64,000 nt of DNA from the human T2T-CHM13v2.0 reference genome, Homo sapiens: assembly GCF_009914755.1 (NCBI RefSeq), contig NC_060936.1, one strand, 5' to 3'. Positions 26,704-40,882 of this stretch are shown piece after piece; the stretch's first letter is position 1, and the number at the start of each line of letters is the position of its first letter. The position numbers were made by a program, and so were the translations under genes. The notes under the pieces were generated by a model, which searched no databases, was not told the origin of the DNA, and saw only the letters and a list, made by a program, of their open reading frames with translations.

Positions 26704-29700
26704 AATCCACTTCTTTATGCAGGCTCTTTATGCAGATTCAGGGAGCAGCTACTCCATGGTTCCTGTGGGACTCACTTGTTATGGGAAAAAGTAGAAGTGA
26801 GAGGTTAGTGGAAAAAAGTACACCCCCACATTGCTACAGGTGGACTTCAGTCCTGAGTATACTCAATGGTCGGTATCATTTTTGAGTGTGAGTATCCAAT
26901 TGATACTCTTCTTCTCTCTTTCACTATCCTTTTAAAATAGCCCTCACCCTTTGCTATCACCTCAGCACCTAGTGATGTGATGCCAATCTTCATTTCTGAG
27001 GCAACTGAGCTCTTTTCAGCCTGGGGTTGCAGTACATATATTTCACAGTTACAGTTAATCAAGGGATTACACCAAAAGGCACCCACATAGATTACCTGGG
27101 TTTTATACACATTTCTGCATGCCTTTCTGCTGTTCACACTTAATTTCTCTTGCAAAGATGGTAATTCTCCTTTTAGTCCGTTGGTCCCTGGGCACAAGGA
27201 GGTCAAACTGCCTTGGCAGCAGCCATAGTTTTAGTTTCATGTCAGGCTGTATGTTTTGACAATAATGTGCCTCTTATGAGGGGCAGTAGTTGTGGGGACA
27301 GGTAGCAAAATTTCCTCCAATAGACCATTGAAAGTGACAGTAATTGCGGTAATATTTGATTTTAATGGTTGGTTTTTGGACCTATGCTTTTTTCTCATTA
27401 GGAAGACATGTTTGATTAAATGTATACACCATATCCAAAAAAAGTCAGCTCACTCATTCACAGTATTTGCTCTAAAGTGATGCTTCAGCTTTTCTTTCCA
27501 TAGGCTTTTCCAGTGACCTATGATGTAGGATGCTTCTGAATAGTGCAGTGTGTGATATAATGAAGGGATTTTATGGATGTGGGTCTCATACCCATAACTT
27601 CTTTGCTACCAGGCAGGCCCTCTGGCCAGATGCTATGCTGTGCAGTATCACATGGCTGTGAATCAGATATGCCATAAGTCCCTAGATAACAGTGTTGGCT
27701 GAAGCTCTGCAGGAAGAAAATGTAAACCCATACCCAGAATAAGCATATGTCTCAGTGAAGATAAACCACTATTTTAGGATTAAAGAAGCTCAATTAGTCA
27801 ACTTGCTAACAAGCGGTATTTGTCCTCAAGGGATAGTGTCATATGAATGTTTCAAGATTGATCTCTATTAATGGCAGGTTGGACATACAGAGGTTAAGAA
27901 AAAGATAGAACTACTTTGATAAGTAGAAGTCAAAGCTGATGGACCCACGCATAACAACTGCGCCCAAATGCAGCCTACTCCATTCATGTGCCACCATCAA
28001 ATGCACAAGTAATTTTGTTTACTCCTGTTTTTCTGTGCCACTTCTGCAGTTGAATCTTTCTAGTTGGTGTTAACGTGATATGCCTAGCTTTTCAACAGTA
28101 CCTCAGATATCCTTGTCCTCAGGCTTCAAATTTCCCACTTCAGGATTCTAACTAAAAACCCATTTTTAACTGCTCATGAATGTAAATATTCTAACCTAAA
28201 ATCACATTTCCTTCCACATGAAGTAAGTGATCAGCTCCACCCACTGGGAAGATTTTCTCTTCTTATGTGCTTTTCCTGTTAACCCTAGATGTGTGTGTAA
28301 TACAATCATTATCAAGTTTAAGGATTGCACTTGTATATTGAGCTGACCCATCCCCAAATCAAGTTCTTTCATTTTCCTCCTTCTGATCACATGGGACTCC
28401 TGTAGGTTCAGAGGTGGATCTGGAACAGAGATGTTGACACAGACCTTAGTAAGTGATACAGAGTTCTGGGCCACCTGCTCATGTAGCTTATTCATGCCCT
28501 CTGGTCCTCTTGGACCAAATTCTAAATCTACCATTTTCATCTGATCGTGGAGTACTGCTGGGTCCATCTGACTTTATGATTTGGAAGTTCCCAAGAAGCC
28601 ATGCTCCTAATGAACAGTTCTACCATGCTATGGTTTGGATATGGTTTGTTGGTCCCCATCAAAACTTATGTTGAAACTTTATCCTCAATAACATGACTTT
28701 GGGAGGTGGGGACTAGTGGGAGGTGTTTGGGTCATGGAGGTAGATCCCTCATGAATGGCTGGGTAGTAAGGGAGTTGTCACTCTCACAGATTAGATTAGT
28801 TCTCTGAGAATAGACTAGTTCCCAAGAGAGCAGGTTGTTATAAGTCAAGTTTCCTCCTCATATTTGGCCCCCATTTGCATGTGTCTGCTTCCACTTTGAC
28901 CTTCTCCACAATGTCAAGACACACTACTAAAGCCTTCACCAGAAGCCAGGGCTATGCTCTTCAATGTCTCAGCCTGCAAAAGAGTGAGCTAAATAAACCT
29001 TTTTCTTTATAAAAATGACACGGTTTCAGGTATTATTTTACAGCAATACAAAACAGACTAAGACACACAGTTATGGTTGCTTAGTGCCTAGTGGTCAAAC
29101 ATTTCATTTCAGTGTCACATTAGGACCTGCTTCTCAAAAAGTATAGAATTCTCCACCACACACGGTGTGGCCACGTTTTAAAATTACAAGGGCTTTTATT
29201 CTGATTCTCAAACGATGGCTTGCCATAAACTCCACACTGCATCCTTTCCAGCCCTTACACCTCCAATACAACAGAATCAGTCAGATTATGTGGTTCAGGT
29301 GGCAGAACTGCTTTCACAACAGCCTGAACCTGCTGCAAAACACTTTCGTGCTCTAGACCCCAGTCAAAACAAGCAGCTTTTTGTTTCCCCAGTATATGGG
29401 GCAAATCGGTATATTCATAGGTGGGAAACATGTTGGTAATATAACCACAAAAATCATACTAGCATAGGGAATAACATTTGTCTTTCTTTGATACAAATAT
29501 CCTACCATACCCTCACCATAGAAACCCTAAAATAAACTTCAATTATGGGAAATGTTTCCGAATCTTCATGGGGTATCTTGCACCCCCTGAATTGTACTTG
29601 TTTACCAAGTCTCCAGTGTCCTAGCGCCTTCTTACTGCCATTATGTTCTGTCTGATCAGCATGATACCACTGATTTGATGGGCCAACATGATGTTCTGTG

Positions 29701-29970
29701 GTATGTCTAGGCAATGCACATACCGTTGGACTATATTACACAGGAGTATAGGAAATTAGCTCTGAGGTCAAGCTGTAAATTAAAATTGTTGTCTATTCTA
29801 CATGAATGCAAACTCCTTATCCTCTCTTCTAATCAAAATAGAAAATAAATCACTTTCCATATCAATGACTCAATAACATGCACATAATCCCTTATTAATC
29901 CGTTCTTGTAATGATTCTATGAATACTACAGCATCTGCAGTTTGGGATATTTGCTTCAGCTTAATAAAAC
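26704..29970 (-). mobile_element. ERVL-class (HERV16/ERV3-16A3-like) internal remnant: degenerate pol
   Basis: Minus-strand manual translation gives VIDMESDLFSILI...EFAFM*NRQQF*FTA*PQS (RT), IMLAHQISGIMLI (decayed HYIDDIML) and KAACFDWGLEHESVLQQVQA. Confidence 0.8.
28626..29065 (+). mobile_element. MSTB-like solo LTR inserted in ERVL pol
   Basis: tgctatggtttggatatggtttg...gggtcatggaggtagatccctcatgaatgg...aaacagactaagaca. Confidence 0.88.
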
Positions 29971-30052
29971 TGCTCAGCTGCAAACTTTTCATGAAAAAGG
30001 AAGGATCACTCAGAGAGAAGAGTCAAGATCCCAGAGGGGAACCACTGCTATG
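29971..30052 (+). mobile_element. Short MLT1-int-like fragment
   Basis: gctgcaaac...tcatgaaaaaggaaggatcactcagagagaagagtcaagatcccagaggg. Confidence 0.45.
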
Positions 30053-30339
30053 AAAATAAATGAAATATTTTTGGTCAAAGTTTCCAGACCAAGGTAATAA
30101 AGAAAACCTATAGCTGTAACTACTTAAAATTGCTTAACTATATATTAATAGATTGAGAGAGGAAATAGAGGGATGGAGGAGGGTGATAGAGAGATTGTAT
30201 GCATGTATCCATATATAATTTTCAAGAAAAATAATTGTCAAAGATCAATCAAAGAGGGACCAGAAAAGAAGATGGTAAAAACATGAACTTAATGGCTGCC
30301 CTGTGGGCTATTATCAGGATCTCTATCCTACAGACTTTT

Positions 30340-30686
30340 GTTACATGTTGTTTGCTAATACTCAGTACCTTCTCACTCATTTGAAGTACTTTTTAACAGC
30401 ATAAAGGATCAAAAAACCTGAAAACTACATTTCTCATACTTCCTCTCCAGTAGGGTTCTGGACAGTGTCATATAATTAAAAGAAGTGTCTTTGGACATGA
30501 AGATATGAAAGTGAAGTTTTTCTAAACCTTCTGGGTACCCTCCTATGAATCAGCATTTTAGATTGGTAGGAACAGATTCTAGCCCTTCCAATATGTATGA
30601 AAAACCTCATTTACTGTACTCAATATCCTTGTATTTAAAACATTTACACCAGTTTTTGTTTTCTTAAATAATTGATAACTGATACA
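30340..30686 (+). mobile_element. LTR33/LTR16-like ERVL LTR
   Basis: aaaactacatttctcatacttcc...tagggttctgga; 3' end tttgttttc...actgataca. Confidence 0.6.
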
Positions 30687-32520
30687 ATATTTGGTTAAGA
30701 AATGTGACTCTTGATAGAAATCTATGATTATTTATTTAATTTGGTTAAAATTAAAAACATAAAAAAGCTGCCAAAAGACAATGACATGCTGGTAATTCAT
30801 GACAGATAGCTTCAGTTATAAAACCAATTATTTGACTCATCATCTTTCCGAGAAACATTTTTAGAGACAAACTGGTTTTTGTATTAGAGTATTATGAAGA
30901 AAATAATGATTATAAATACAGTTGGGATAGCCCAGTCTTACTGCACTAGGGAGCTTATGAAAAGAAAATGACAGACTCAAGATGTGAAATTCATAAGTCA
31001 GAGATTAGACAATTTCTTTACTGCCTAGGTAAGATTTCTTATCTATTGCAAGCACAGGATCAGTGATCAGAAAACTAGACCTAAGTTTGATCTTAGAGTT
31101 TGCAGAATTATAGCCCATGAATTCAAAGCATCCCCAGGTTTCTTACTGAAAATTAGAATCTCTTATTTTCCAAGAAAGTGGGAGCCTTAAAATTGGATTG
31201 AATGTAGTTGGGAAGATTCTAATAATTATTTAACACTTAAACTCTTAACAAAGGTAATCTTTCCTCCTCTGTTTGTGGTGGTTTGCCTCTCTGCTCTTGA
31301 ATACCCTGAAAAGACTTGACTTGTGAAGGTTACATTGGAGCAGGGTGATAAATCCTGGGGATTATGTATGAGAATGGATTCTAAAAGTGTTAGAACAGGG
31401 AGGAAATTGCACAACACTTGATCAGGCTGAATTTATAATGATGGCTTAAATTAAATGAAGATACAAGGCCAAAATATAAAAGAATTTATTGAATCTTAGG
31501 TGGGTAGGAATCTGAGCATTTGCCACATGTGACAGGCTCAACTGTAGCCCAACAATGTAAATTTGATGACTTGTAAGATAGCCTTATCAAGCATATATAT
31601 ATTTCTATATATAAATATATAGAAATAAAGAGAGCTCCAGCATTTGTAGAAAATACAAAAAACTGCTATATTATGAAAGGCAAACATTTTGGTGGAGATG
31701 TCAGCATTGAAGTGAATTTTCTGGGCTTTAGGGTTTGAGGGTGATGAGATCCTGGAATCATAGAGTACAAGTGACAGCACCCTATAAAATAATAGGGAAC
31801 AGGGCAAATTATGGTATTCAATGATATGTTCTATTGACAGTATTATCAGTGGACTATCTAGTAAAATATTGCTCAATCTGTATACTAAAAAAAAAAAAAA
31901 TCTAGATCTGGTGGAAGAGTTTTAACATAAGTCATCGTAATAGAGAATCAATGTCCCACATTGAATTTCCAGACTTGAGCTTGCTCATACATGTGGAGTC
32001 TCTTGAATGATATAAAAGCTGAATCACTTTTAGGAAGGATCTTGATGCACTGAAACAAGTATGTACTTAATTTCTCCTCAACTTTCCTAAAGTATTCTGT
32101 AGCATTTAAGGTGACAACTGTGCTGGGAAAAAATCCCAGACAAAACAGGATTCCTGGTCACAGCTAAAAATTTACAATAATCCCTGGATACCTCAACTGC
32201 CATTTTGATCTACAGTCACAGAGGAAATGTATGAGGGCCAAGTGATTGATAAAGTCATGGGATGAATCTATTTTATAATGGATATGGATGATTTACAAAT
32301 ATACCCTTTGATTTTCTCCCAGTTCCTGAATACAAAGTTGAAAGTAGCCTTACTCAGCAACTGGTTAAATGGATAACTGGTCCTGAGACATACAAAATAA
32401 GGGCTATGTGGTAGGATGATCTAAGTAGAAACCACTGGATCTGCCACTGCAGAGCAAAATAGTAAACTAAAAGCGAATATTGCATTCCTGGGGTAATTGT
32501 TGAGAATACTACAATCATGG
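30687..32520 (+). mobile_element. ERVL-class internal remnant: degenerate gag, protease and start of pol
   Basis: gag-like gcactagggagctt...aagaaaatgacagactcaag and atatgtatg-type WEWIL region near 31360; protease-like ataatccctgga...tatgagggccaagtgattgat; ends in KSEYCIPGVIVE. Confidence 0.7.
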
Positions 32521-32559
32521 TGGAATTACAAAATGCCAATCATAAAATCAAATTTTTAA

Positions 32560-32870
32560 AACAGTGCAAGAAAAAAATCCGATTAAGTACAAAGCAATGA
32601 CAATTAGATCTATATAGACTTCTCATTAGCAATATGCCAAAGACTATCTAATAATACCTTTAAAATGCTTAATTGAAATAAATGTTAATCTAGAATGGCG
32701 TATGTGGCTAAACATTCATGAATGGAAATGAAATACAGATGTTTTAAGCAAAAAAAGTAAGTAAATGAGTTTATTACCTAAATGCCTTAACAAATAATAC
32801 TTCTAAAGAACGGCATTTGGGCAGAAAGAAAACATAATAAAAGAAAGGTTTAGAAACAGAAGGGAATGTT
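32560..32870 (+). mobile_element. Ancient L1M/HAL1 ORF1-like fragment
   Basis: tacaaagcaatgacaattaga...agacttctcattagcaa...tctagaat. Confidence 0.45.
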
Positions 32871-35667
32871 GAACGGATTATTTTGTGGAGGGCAATTTTA
32901 TGTGATCTCCTAAAGCTGAGAACTGAGACTATTTTTCCTATAATGCTAAAAGCTCTTCTCTTCTAATGTGAGCAACTGATGTGAAATGAGCACATAAATG
33001 TAAAAAGGAGACAGTCTCTCTTATCCAATGGAATATCAAAAATACAGAAATCTGTTTTGCCATTTAATTTCACACAGTTTAATTTTCTATACTTTTCTTC
33101 ACTTACCATGGAACCCCGTGGTTTTCATTTCTATGTGCTACCGTAAATGACAGATTACTTCTTAGCATTGTCACCTCATCTTAAGTTTTATAAATCTGTA
33201 TGTGGCACTTTGCTTCACAGTGGTGCTAGTTGTAATACTTCCTTTGGCAGGTGTTTGAGCTAGAATCACTTTAGCGGAAACACTTAGTTTTCACTGTGTA
33301 TATCTCTAAACCACAATAACACAAGAAAGCCAGCATGCAAATAGCCAATGTTTTCCCCCAAATTTTGTCTTTTCATAGGTTTTGGCTTATTCATGTTCAT
33401 ATTAAATTTTTTGCCTCAAATGACTATGCAAACTTCATTTTTGACAGTTCTTTCCTAGATGATCATGGTCTAATTTTTGTTCCCTTTCTTTTGATTATTT
33501 CAGGTATAAATGGCACTTGATAATTTTATTTTTACTACTTATTTGTTATGTATAATAACTTTCACCTAAGTATAGAAAAATGGAACTTACAACAGGTGAA
33601 TATAAGGGAAACAGTTATATCATGTTGCATTATAAGCTAATAATTTGTTTTTTTAAATTCTTCAAACAAAAGGAAATATACAGTCCTGTAAAATACTTCA
33701 CACATTTAGCCACATATTTTACAACATGCATTTCAAGTTGACCGTAATTCTGTTCTCCCAAGTCTAACTCTATTTGCAAACGATTCATTTCTTATCACCT
33801 TTTCAAGTTTGTTTACCATAATCCTTATTTTAATTAAATAAAAATCACAACCCAGTATTACTTTGGCCAGAACTGGTATTCAGATGAAAACAAAATATGC
33901 ACATTTTTGTCCCAGGGCAGTGTGAAATATATCATTGTTTGACAGAATACCTGCTAATTGTTAGGATAGCTTGGGTTACGGATAATGGCAAAGTGAATAT
34001 TTTTAAAAAAGGCTATCTGACCTGGGACTTATTATCTTCGAGAAAATGTTCAGCTCTGTCATTCCAAAGATTACAACTAAGCAGTGCAAATTGGTCAGTA
34101 TCTCAAGGGGGGAAATATGTATGTTTTACTGTTAGAAGGTCAATGTTATCGTCTTTTTAGCAGAAGGATAGCAAAATTATAAAATGAAGGAGGCCTTATT
34201 ACATAAAGTTTTGGTTGGTTTCACAAACTGTAAGTTTTCAGTAATTTGATGGTATAGTTGCATAATTATAATAGTGTCTTAAGTTGATTGCTTTGGAAGA
34301 TGGATTATGATGTATCTGAGTTGAATCCTTTAGATAAATTCCATTAATTTGACTTGCTGAACACCAAAGGCCATGTAACTTGAGATTAAGAAGGCATTAT
34401 GATACCAGTTATTATAGATTCTTCCAAGATATATACCACTTCATTTACTGGAAAGTCAAATACTAACCAGGAAAAAGGTCAAGATGTAACAGAAGTAATT
34501 ATTTTCACTTGCACAAGCACTAATGAAAGGATGAACGTAAATACCATATCTCATTCTCTAGCCACACTGTGTTGCAGGGCCATAGTCATATATCTGAAAT
34601 GACACATTGCCAGATATTTCACACAATAAGGTCCTGCACTATCAGCTAAGTTATTAAGTCACCTCATAAACTTCTTACATGAAAGATATATTGAGCAGTC
34701 CATCTTTGATACAGAGTATTTGGGATTGAAATATCAGCATGCATCCTGATCCCTGATCTTTGGACTGGCTATTAATTATATTATACAGATAACATTTTTT
34801 CCCACATGCTCACAGTGCAAGTGTGTTTTTTTAAAAAATCAGAGATGTATTATTGAATGACAGTATTTGAATAGCATCTAAAATTATAGAACTCTTTGTA
34901 TAATCGCACCCTAGAAAGGGCAGCTCTTTTTTTAATGCCAGTTTCATACAGACATGAGAACAGATTTAATCTTCAAAGTTTTAATCAAACCTGTGGGATG
35001 TCCTTTAACTAGCTTTCCTTACTTGTCAAATTATAGTTCTCCTTTATTATCCTTGGAGAGTAAGATACTTGATTCCTGTGGTTCTTAATTGTCTCTTTCC
35101 AAACTACTAAGGAAAATTAAAGACTTTTCATATCACTAGAAAAATATGATGTAGGCTAGCTTGACTAATACATATGAACACAGTTTAAAAAGAAAGCAGA
35201 GCAACAAGAGTAAAACATCCATTTAGAATGTGCACAATTTAAATGCTACGTTTAATATGTGTGCTTTAATAGATTGCAAAAAGCCATATCATCTGTATAA
35301 TATATTATCTTAATTTAAGAATTATAGGCATTTTTACAAATGTCCTAACATATTATTATGTATTAGGGCATGGCTTTCCTAACTATTGTATTAGAATAAT
35401 TTATACAAATTTATATTCCAAATGTGTGTCACTCTGAATATTATAAATCCCAATATTCTCTATGGTCAATGAGAATTATTAATAAAATGATAAAAGGGTA
35501 CTATGATGATTATATATTAGCTACTAAGAGTTTGATCCAGATTACTTCCAATATTTTAATATAAAATCACTTTTGCTCTTTTAGTCAGAACAAATGGTAT
35601 ATGGTTTTGCCAAATTAGATATCTCTTCTTTTATGCATCTTTATTGTTTTATATTTATATATGTAAA

Positions 35668-36460
35668 TTTATTCATTCATACAATGTTTATTTCATAAGC
35701 AATAAAACAGATACTGTTCCTTATTTATAGAGCCTATATTTGGGTGAAAATAAACAAATAATAAGTAAATAAACAAGATATATGAAATGACCAATCGTGA
35801 GAGATTGATTTAAAATAAGTGAAATAAGGAGGGCAGATGGAGAAATCCAAGGATACAAACCCCTGATAAATTGATATTTGTACAGAAATTTTTAAAAGGA
35901 AGTGAGTGGATCACACTACACTTTAGGCAGAGGAATTGACAATTAAATGCTGCAAACTGGAAATATACACAGGGTGATCAACGAAGAGCAAAAAAGCAAC
36001 ATGGATGGAAAGTGAGTGAAGGAAGAAGAAAATGAAATTAGTTGTGGGAGTAACAAAAGGCCCAGACTTTCTAGAATGCAGCTGGGCATGTTAAGGAATT
36101 TGAATGTGATTCTAAATGAGAAAAGAAGTTACTGGAAGTTTCCAAGCAAAGAAATGACATTAGCTGACAAATATTCTAAGGCATATTTGCTGCTCAAGGT
36201 AGGGGTGGAGGTCAAGGGAAGTGTCTGAAGGCCTTTGACAAAACCTAAACCAAAATGTATGGTGGTTTAGAACATGGAAATAGTGATGGAAACAATGGGC
36301 ATGGTTGGATTAAGAATACATTTTGAGTTAATAATAGTGAGGTTTGTTGATGTATTTAATTGAGGATATGGATGTGGGATGAGAAAACAGAGGCATAGCA
36401 TAGAAAAAGAACTTTCAAATTTACGAATCCAGTTAAATGCATAGTCAACTTGGAACACAG
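35668..36460 (-). mobile_element. L2 (L2a-like) fragment
   Basis: Starts ttattcattcat; ggcatgttaaggaatttgaatgtgattctaaatgag...ggtttgttgatgtatttaattgagg. Confidence 0.7.
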
Positions 36461-36938
36461 GTAGCCTGGCTTTGGGCCAGCTAACCAAATCATGCTAATA
36501 GAGACAGGACATCATCACGAAGAGGGCAGCTGAAGATAATGAGCATACATATCTATCAGAGTTAATGCATACAAAAAATTCTTTCAGTTATTTTAATTTA
36601 AATGAAAAGTATCATTTAAGTCTAAACATATCCAATGTCTACCAATATATGTCTGAGTAGTGTGTAATTTTGTTTTCTCCATGCATTCAGTTATTAAACA
36701 TTTATCACATGCAAGAAACTCTATTGAAACTTTAATAGATTTTTTTAAACCCAAAGAAGGAAAATCTTACTAAAAGAGACAAAATACATCCTTGATTGAT
36801 TATTGACATTAAATTGAATGTTTAATATGAGAAATCATAGAATATACCAGGTTATTTGAGTAACTCAATCTTGATAGATAACTCCATGACCGAAGAGGGG
36901 CTAAAATTCTTTTGTATACTTCTGGAAAGCTAAGGATT

Positions 36939-37537
36939 TGTAGCAGACAGACTGCTAAAATTGTCATGAATGATCTTTACGTCCTGGTATTCTTTCCCTT
37001 GTGTAATTCCATACCCTTGAGTGTGGGCTGGAACTAGTAGTTTGGTTCTAATGACTAGAACACAGTAAAGGTGATGGGATGACACTACTGATATTAGGTT
37101 ACAGGTGACTAAGACTTGCATATATTTGGAACCATCTTTCTTGAACTCTTTCTTGCCCACTCACTTGCTGCTCCAATGAAGCCAATGTGAGCTGCCTGAT
37201 TTGGAAGATGTCCATTTGGTGAAAAATCGAGGAAAACATTGTGCCACAAGTTCAGGAGGAACGGAGACCCTCAGTTCAGCAATCAGCAAGTAACTATTTC
37301 TGGTGAACAACATGTTAAGGAAATTTAAAATTTATCTACCACTAGTCAAGTAGTCAAGTCTTAAACTGATTTCAGCCCCAGCCAACACCTAGACTGTAAC
37401 CTTCAGAAGACCCAGTCCTGGGACCCATGGAAGCCTCATCTGGACTCCTAATCCATAGACACCATGAGACAATACTGTTTTTTTTAAGTTGCTAAGTTGA
37501 GGGGTAATATGTTATGCAGCAATAGATTACTAATTTA
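36939..37537 (+). mobile_element. MLT1E-like solo LTR
   Basis: tgtagcagacagact...cccttgagtgtgggctgga...gttatgcagcaatagattactaa. TSD ggatt/ggctt. Confidence 0.85.
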
Positions 37538-37585
37538 GGCTTTGTGTATTTCCTCAGCAACTTCTGCAGAAAAAAATAAAAGAAG

Positions 37586-38094
37586 CATTTTTAGTTACTC
37601 ACCGCTGAAACTTTCCCTAAAACCTAATGACTGAAAACAACAATCATTTTATTATAGCTCATAATTTTGCAGGCCAAGCATTCTGGAAATTCTCACTGGA
37701 ATGATTTTTCTGCTTCAAGTAGCATTGACCAGTGTCACTTGGTGACATTCAATGCGTGGTGTGGTCTGGAGAGTCTAATATGACTTCTCTCACATGCCTA
37801 GCTGTCTGCTGATGATGATAGAAAAGCTGGACTTACCTGGGGGCTGTCTTCCTTTCTGTGTGCTCCCCAAGATTCATGATATCTCTGCAGGAAGGTAGTT
37901 GGGCTACTCACAGGGAGACACAGGGCTCCAAGTAACAGGAAGAGAGAGCTTCTGGTCCAAGGCAGAAACTAAGAGCATTATTTCTGCTGTATGCCATTCC
38001 ATCCCATTGTTCAAAGAAGATACAGGGAATACCTCAGCATCACGCTGTCAATGGAAATATATTAAAGAATTACTAGACAACTTCAATTACCCAC
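37586..38094 (-). mobile_element. MLT1H-like LTR
   Basis: aaaacaacaatcattttattatagctcataatt...ggtctggagagtc...ctcacatgcct. Confidence 0.65.
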
Positions 38095-39711
38095 AAATAT
38101 TTAGGAATACTAAATTTCTCCAGAAACAATGCGGACTACTATTTTTTTTCTGTCTCAAAAAAAAGTTATTTTGTTTTGTGGAGTCCATATAGGTCTGGAG
38201 ACTACAAAAATGGAAGAACTATAATAATTTAAAAACCTTTCATCACTTCTGTGACTAAAATTTAACACCCACTTTGGAATCTTTTTCAAAATTTCTTTAT
38301 AGTTTGACTCCATATCCCTTTTGGAGGGTTATTTCTACGTAAAGAGATATTTGTAAATTAGATAGAACACGCAAAGTTTACATACATGTGATCTTGCCAA
38401 ATACAGAACATAAACATTCAAATTATCAATATTAGTCTGAAAACCTACTTTAAAGTACCATTTGATCCAGCCATCTATCAGTGATCAATAGAAATATTAA
38501 TAGCCTAAGTAATTATTTATTGCCTGTGGCCAATTCTAGGTGCAAAGCGACAGTTATGGTCTATGGTATTGATGTACAAAACTCCCTATATAACTTCATA
38601 CTTTATCAAAAGTATTATGTAACAGGTAAAGTCAGCCCCACTTATGCAAAATAATCCATCAGTTGTCCTTGGTTGGAGGTAGCTTTCCTAATTTCTCTGA
38701 TTGATTTTTACAAAACTTAGAATATCATGTAAATATTTCTATTTTCACCATAAATTGTGGGACTTTATCTAAAACTATTTAGGCAGAGGACTCCAAATAT
38801 CATTCCTATGCTGAACATAGACCCCAAAATAAGGAAAGACAGTTCTAAACTTGTTATAAATAGAGATCATGCATGCTACAACATCATTTTTACAGATTAG
38901 TAACAGAGCAACTTTAATTTCTTGTTTCTTGACCCTTGCTAACATGGTTTTGAAATCATTCAGAAAACCCTCCTAGTAAGGAACTTGGGAAGCTATACTG
39001 CAGCTGTCAGATGACCAATTGCATGGAAAATTGAAATAGATGGGGAAAAGTATTTCCACTGAATGATTTTCACCAGAGTGTGGTAATCACCTTGGTAATG
39101 TTTGGCTAATGCCCTTCTTTTCTCCATTACCTTCCATCAACTTCCATCATGCTTCACTTCCTTTCCAAGGCTCAGGGTGTCTCTCACTCCTCCCTATACC
39201 AATTTCATTTGGTACCAGTCTATTTCACATAATTCCAACACTTTGTGCTCATCAACTTAGGCTATATTTCCAAATATCTTACATTATAAGAAAGCTAGAG
39301 CACTATTTCATTTCCTCATTCAGGCTTTGAATACATCCTCAAAATTAATGAACAAGGGAAGAGCATATAATAAGAAAAAAAATACCTAAAACCAAATACA
39401 AAAATTAGAAATGCTCATTAAAATAATAGCTCAAATAAAACATACAAAGCAAAAAAAAAATTCACCAATTCTAGTTAACTGAACACATCAGAGCAAGGTT
39501 ATATGAGAGAGTAGATGGCAACCTGTTGATCATTTAGACTTGATTTCAAACTGCCCAGTTTATCTTGTAAAGTCCATAGGAGATCTTAGGGAGTATTAAA
39601 ATCCTTGGTCCAAATACTGTAATATAAAAAATCTCTTCAACCCTAAAAGAGTTGTTTGAAGATTGTGTTAAATTTAAATTACCAATAGAGAAGTCTTATT
39701 CACTACAAAAT

Positions 39712-39838
39712 TGACTCATTGATCAAACATCTAATAAGTACATAAATAAAGGTGCCAGAGAAATATGTTTGGTTTGAGAATACAAAAATGAACAAAACGT
39801 AATCATTATACCCTTAAATCTTACAGTCTACTGTGAGA
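39712..39838 (-). mobile_element. L2 3' fragment
   Basis: ctcattgatcaaacatctaataagtac...atacaaaaatgaacaaaac...cttacagtcta. Confidence 0.5.
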
Positions 39839-39999
39839 TTTAAATTATATTAGAAATATGCTACATCTGCATTTGCTGATGTTTTATAATTATTAAATGT
39901 AATTATTTCTTGTTTTCTAAATCAGATTTTAAACCTCAAGAGTAATTATTTTAAACTGTACGCATATTGTATATCATGACACTCGTCTACTTCTTCAAA

Positions 40000-40474
40000 C
40001 TATCAGGATACATTATCTATTACAGTACAGAAGAGAGTGAGAATCTGCAATTCCCTTAACCTCCCTTCCAATATGTATCTGAATTGGAGTTTTCCAAGAA
40101 GAGGAAATCTCTAGAGATTTGAAAGATTAAGAAAAAAGGATCCATATTTTCCCCCAGTGGCAGTAGCAAGCTTACTTTTGGGCAGGATTAAGATTCACAA
40201 GAGCTTTCTTGCTAGGACTTAAGAAACATCTACTCTGCTGCTGCCCTTTGTGAGAGTTAACAATGAGCATTTTGGAGATTCTTCAGACTTTCAGATGCAT
40301 TTTATGAGATATAGTAAAACACTAAGTTTAGTGCTACAAGCTGATTTGAGTGGCTGATTGCTTCCTCTGTCCTTCCAAGGACCAAGAAAACAGAAGCTTT
40401 CTTACATTAAAATATGTAGTACCTAGAATACATAGAGTGAATTTTGTTTTCCTGAAGGAACACTGATTTTTACA
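40000..40474 (+). mobile_element. Old ERVL-class LTR (LTR33-like)
   Basis: 3' end aatacatagagtgaattttgttttcctgaaggaacactga. Confidence 0.4.
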
Positions 40475-40797
40475 CTTCCCCAACCTAGTGTAATTCAATA
40501 ACTATAATAATTAGAACATGCCAAGTGATAATTAGAATAACCTTAAAAACAAAAGCAGGAATGGTCAGACCTGCTAAAGACTCAACTCTATATTGTCTAC
40601 AAGAAACCACTTTAAATAACAATATATAATATATATTATAGAATATATACTTTAAATATTATGTGTTATTTATATATAATAATAGTATATATTTTATATA
40701 AGTAATTATATTCATATAACCTACTCAGATAGGTAAAATGTAAAAGGATGAAAAAACTACACTATACTAACAGTAATTAATCAAAAGAAAGCTAGAA

Positions 40798-40882
40798 ACT
40801 GGGCCTGATGGCCTGTGCCTATAGTTCGAGTAACTCAGGAGGCTGAGGCAGCAGGATTTCTTGAGCTCAGGAGTTCAAGGCT
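40798..40882 (+). mobile_element. FLAM/Alu monomer 5' fragment
   Basis: ctgggcctgatggcctgtgcctatagt...ggaggctgaggcagcaggatttcttgagctcaggagttcaaggct. No tail. Confidence 0.75.

Noticed and set aside
26847-29714. ORFs across the ERVL pol region as a domesticated gene
   Set aside because: The catalytic YIDD motif has decayed, there are multiple stops, and an MST LTR interrupts it.
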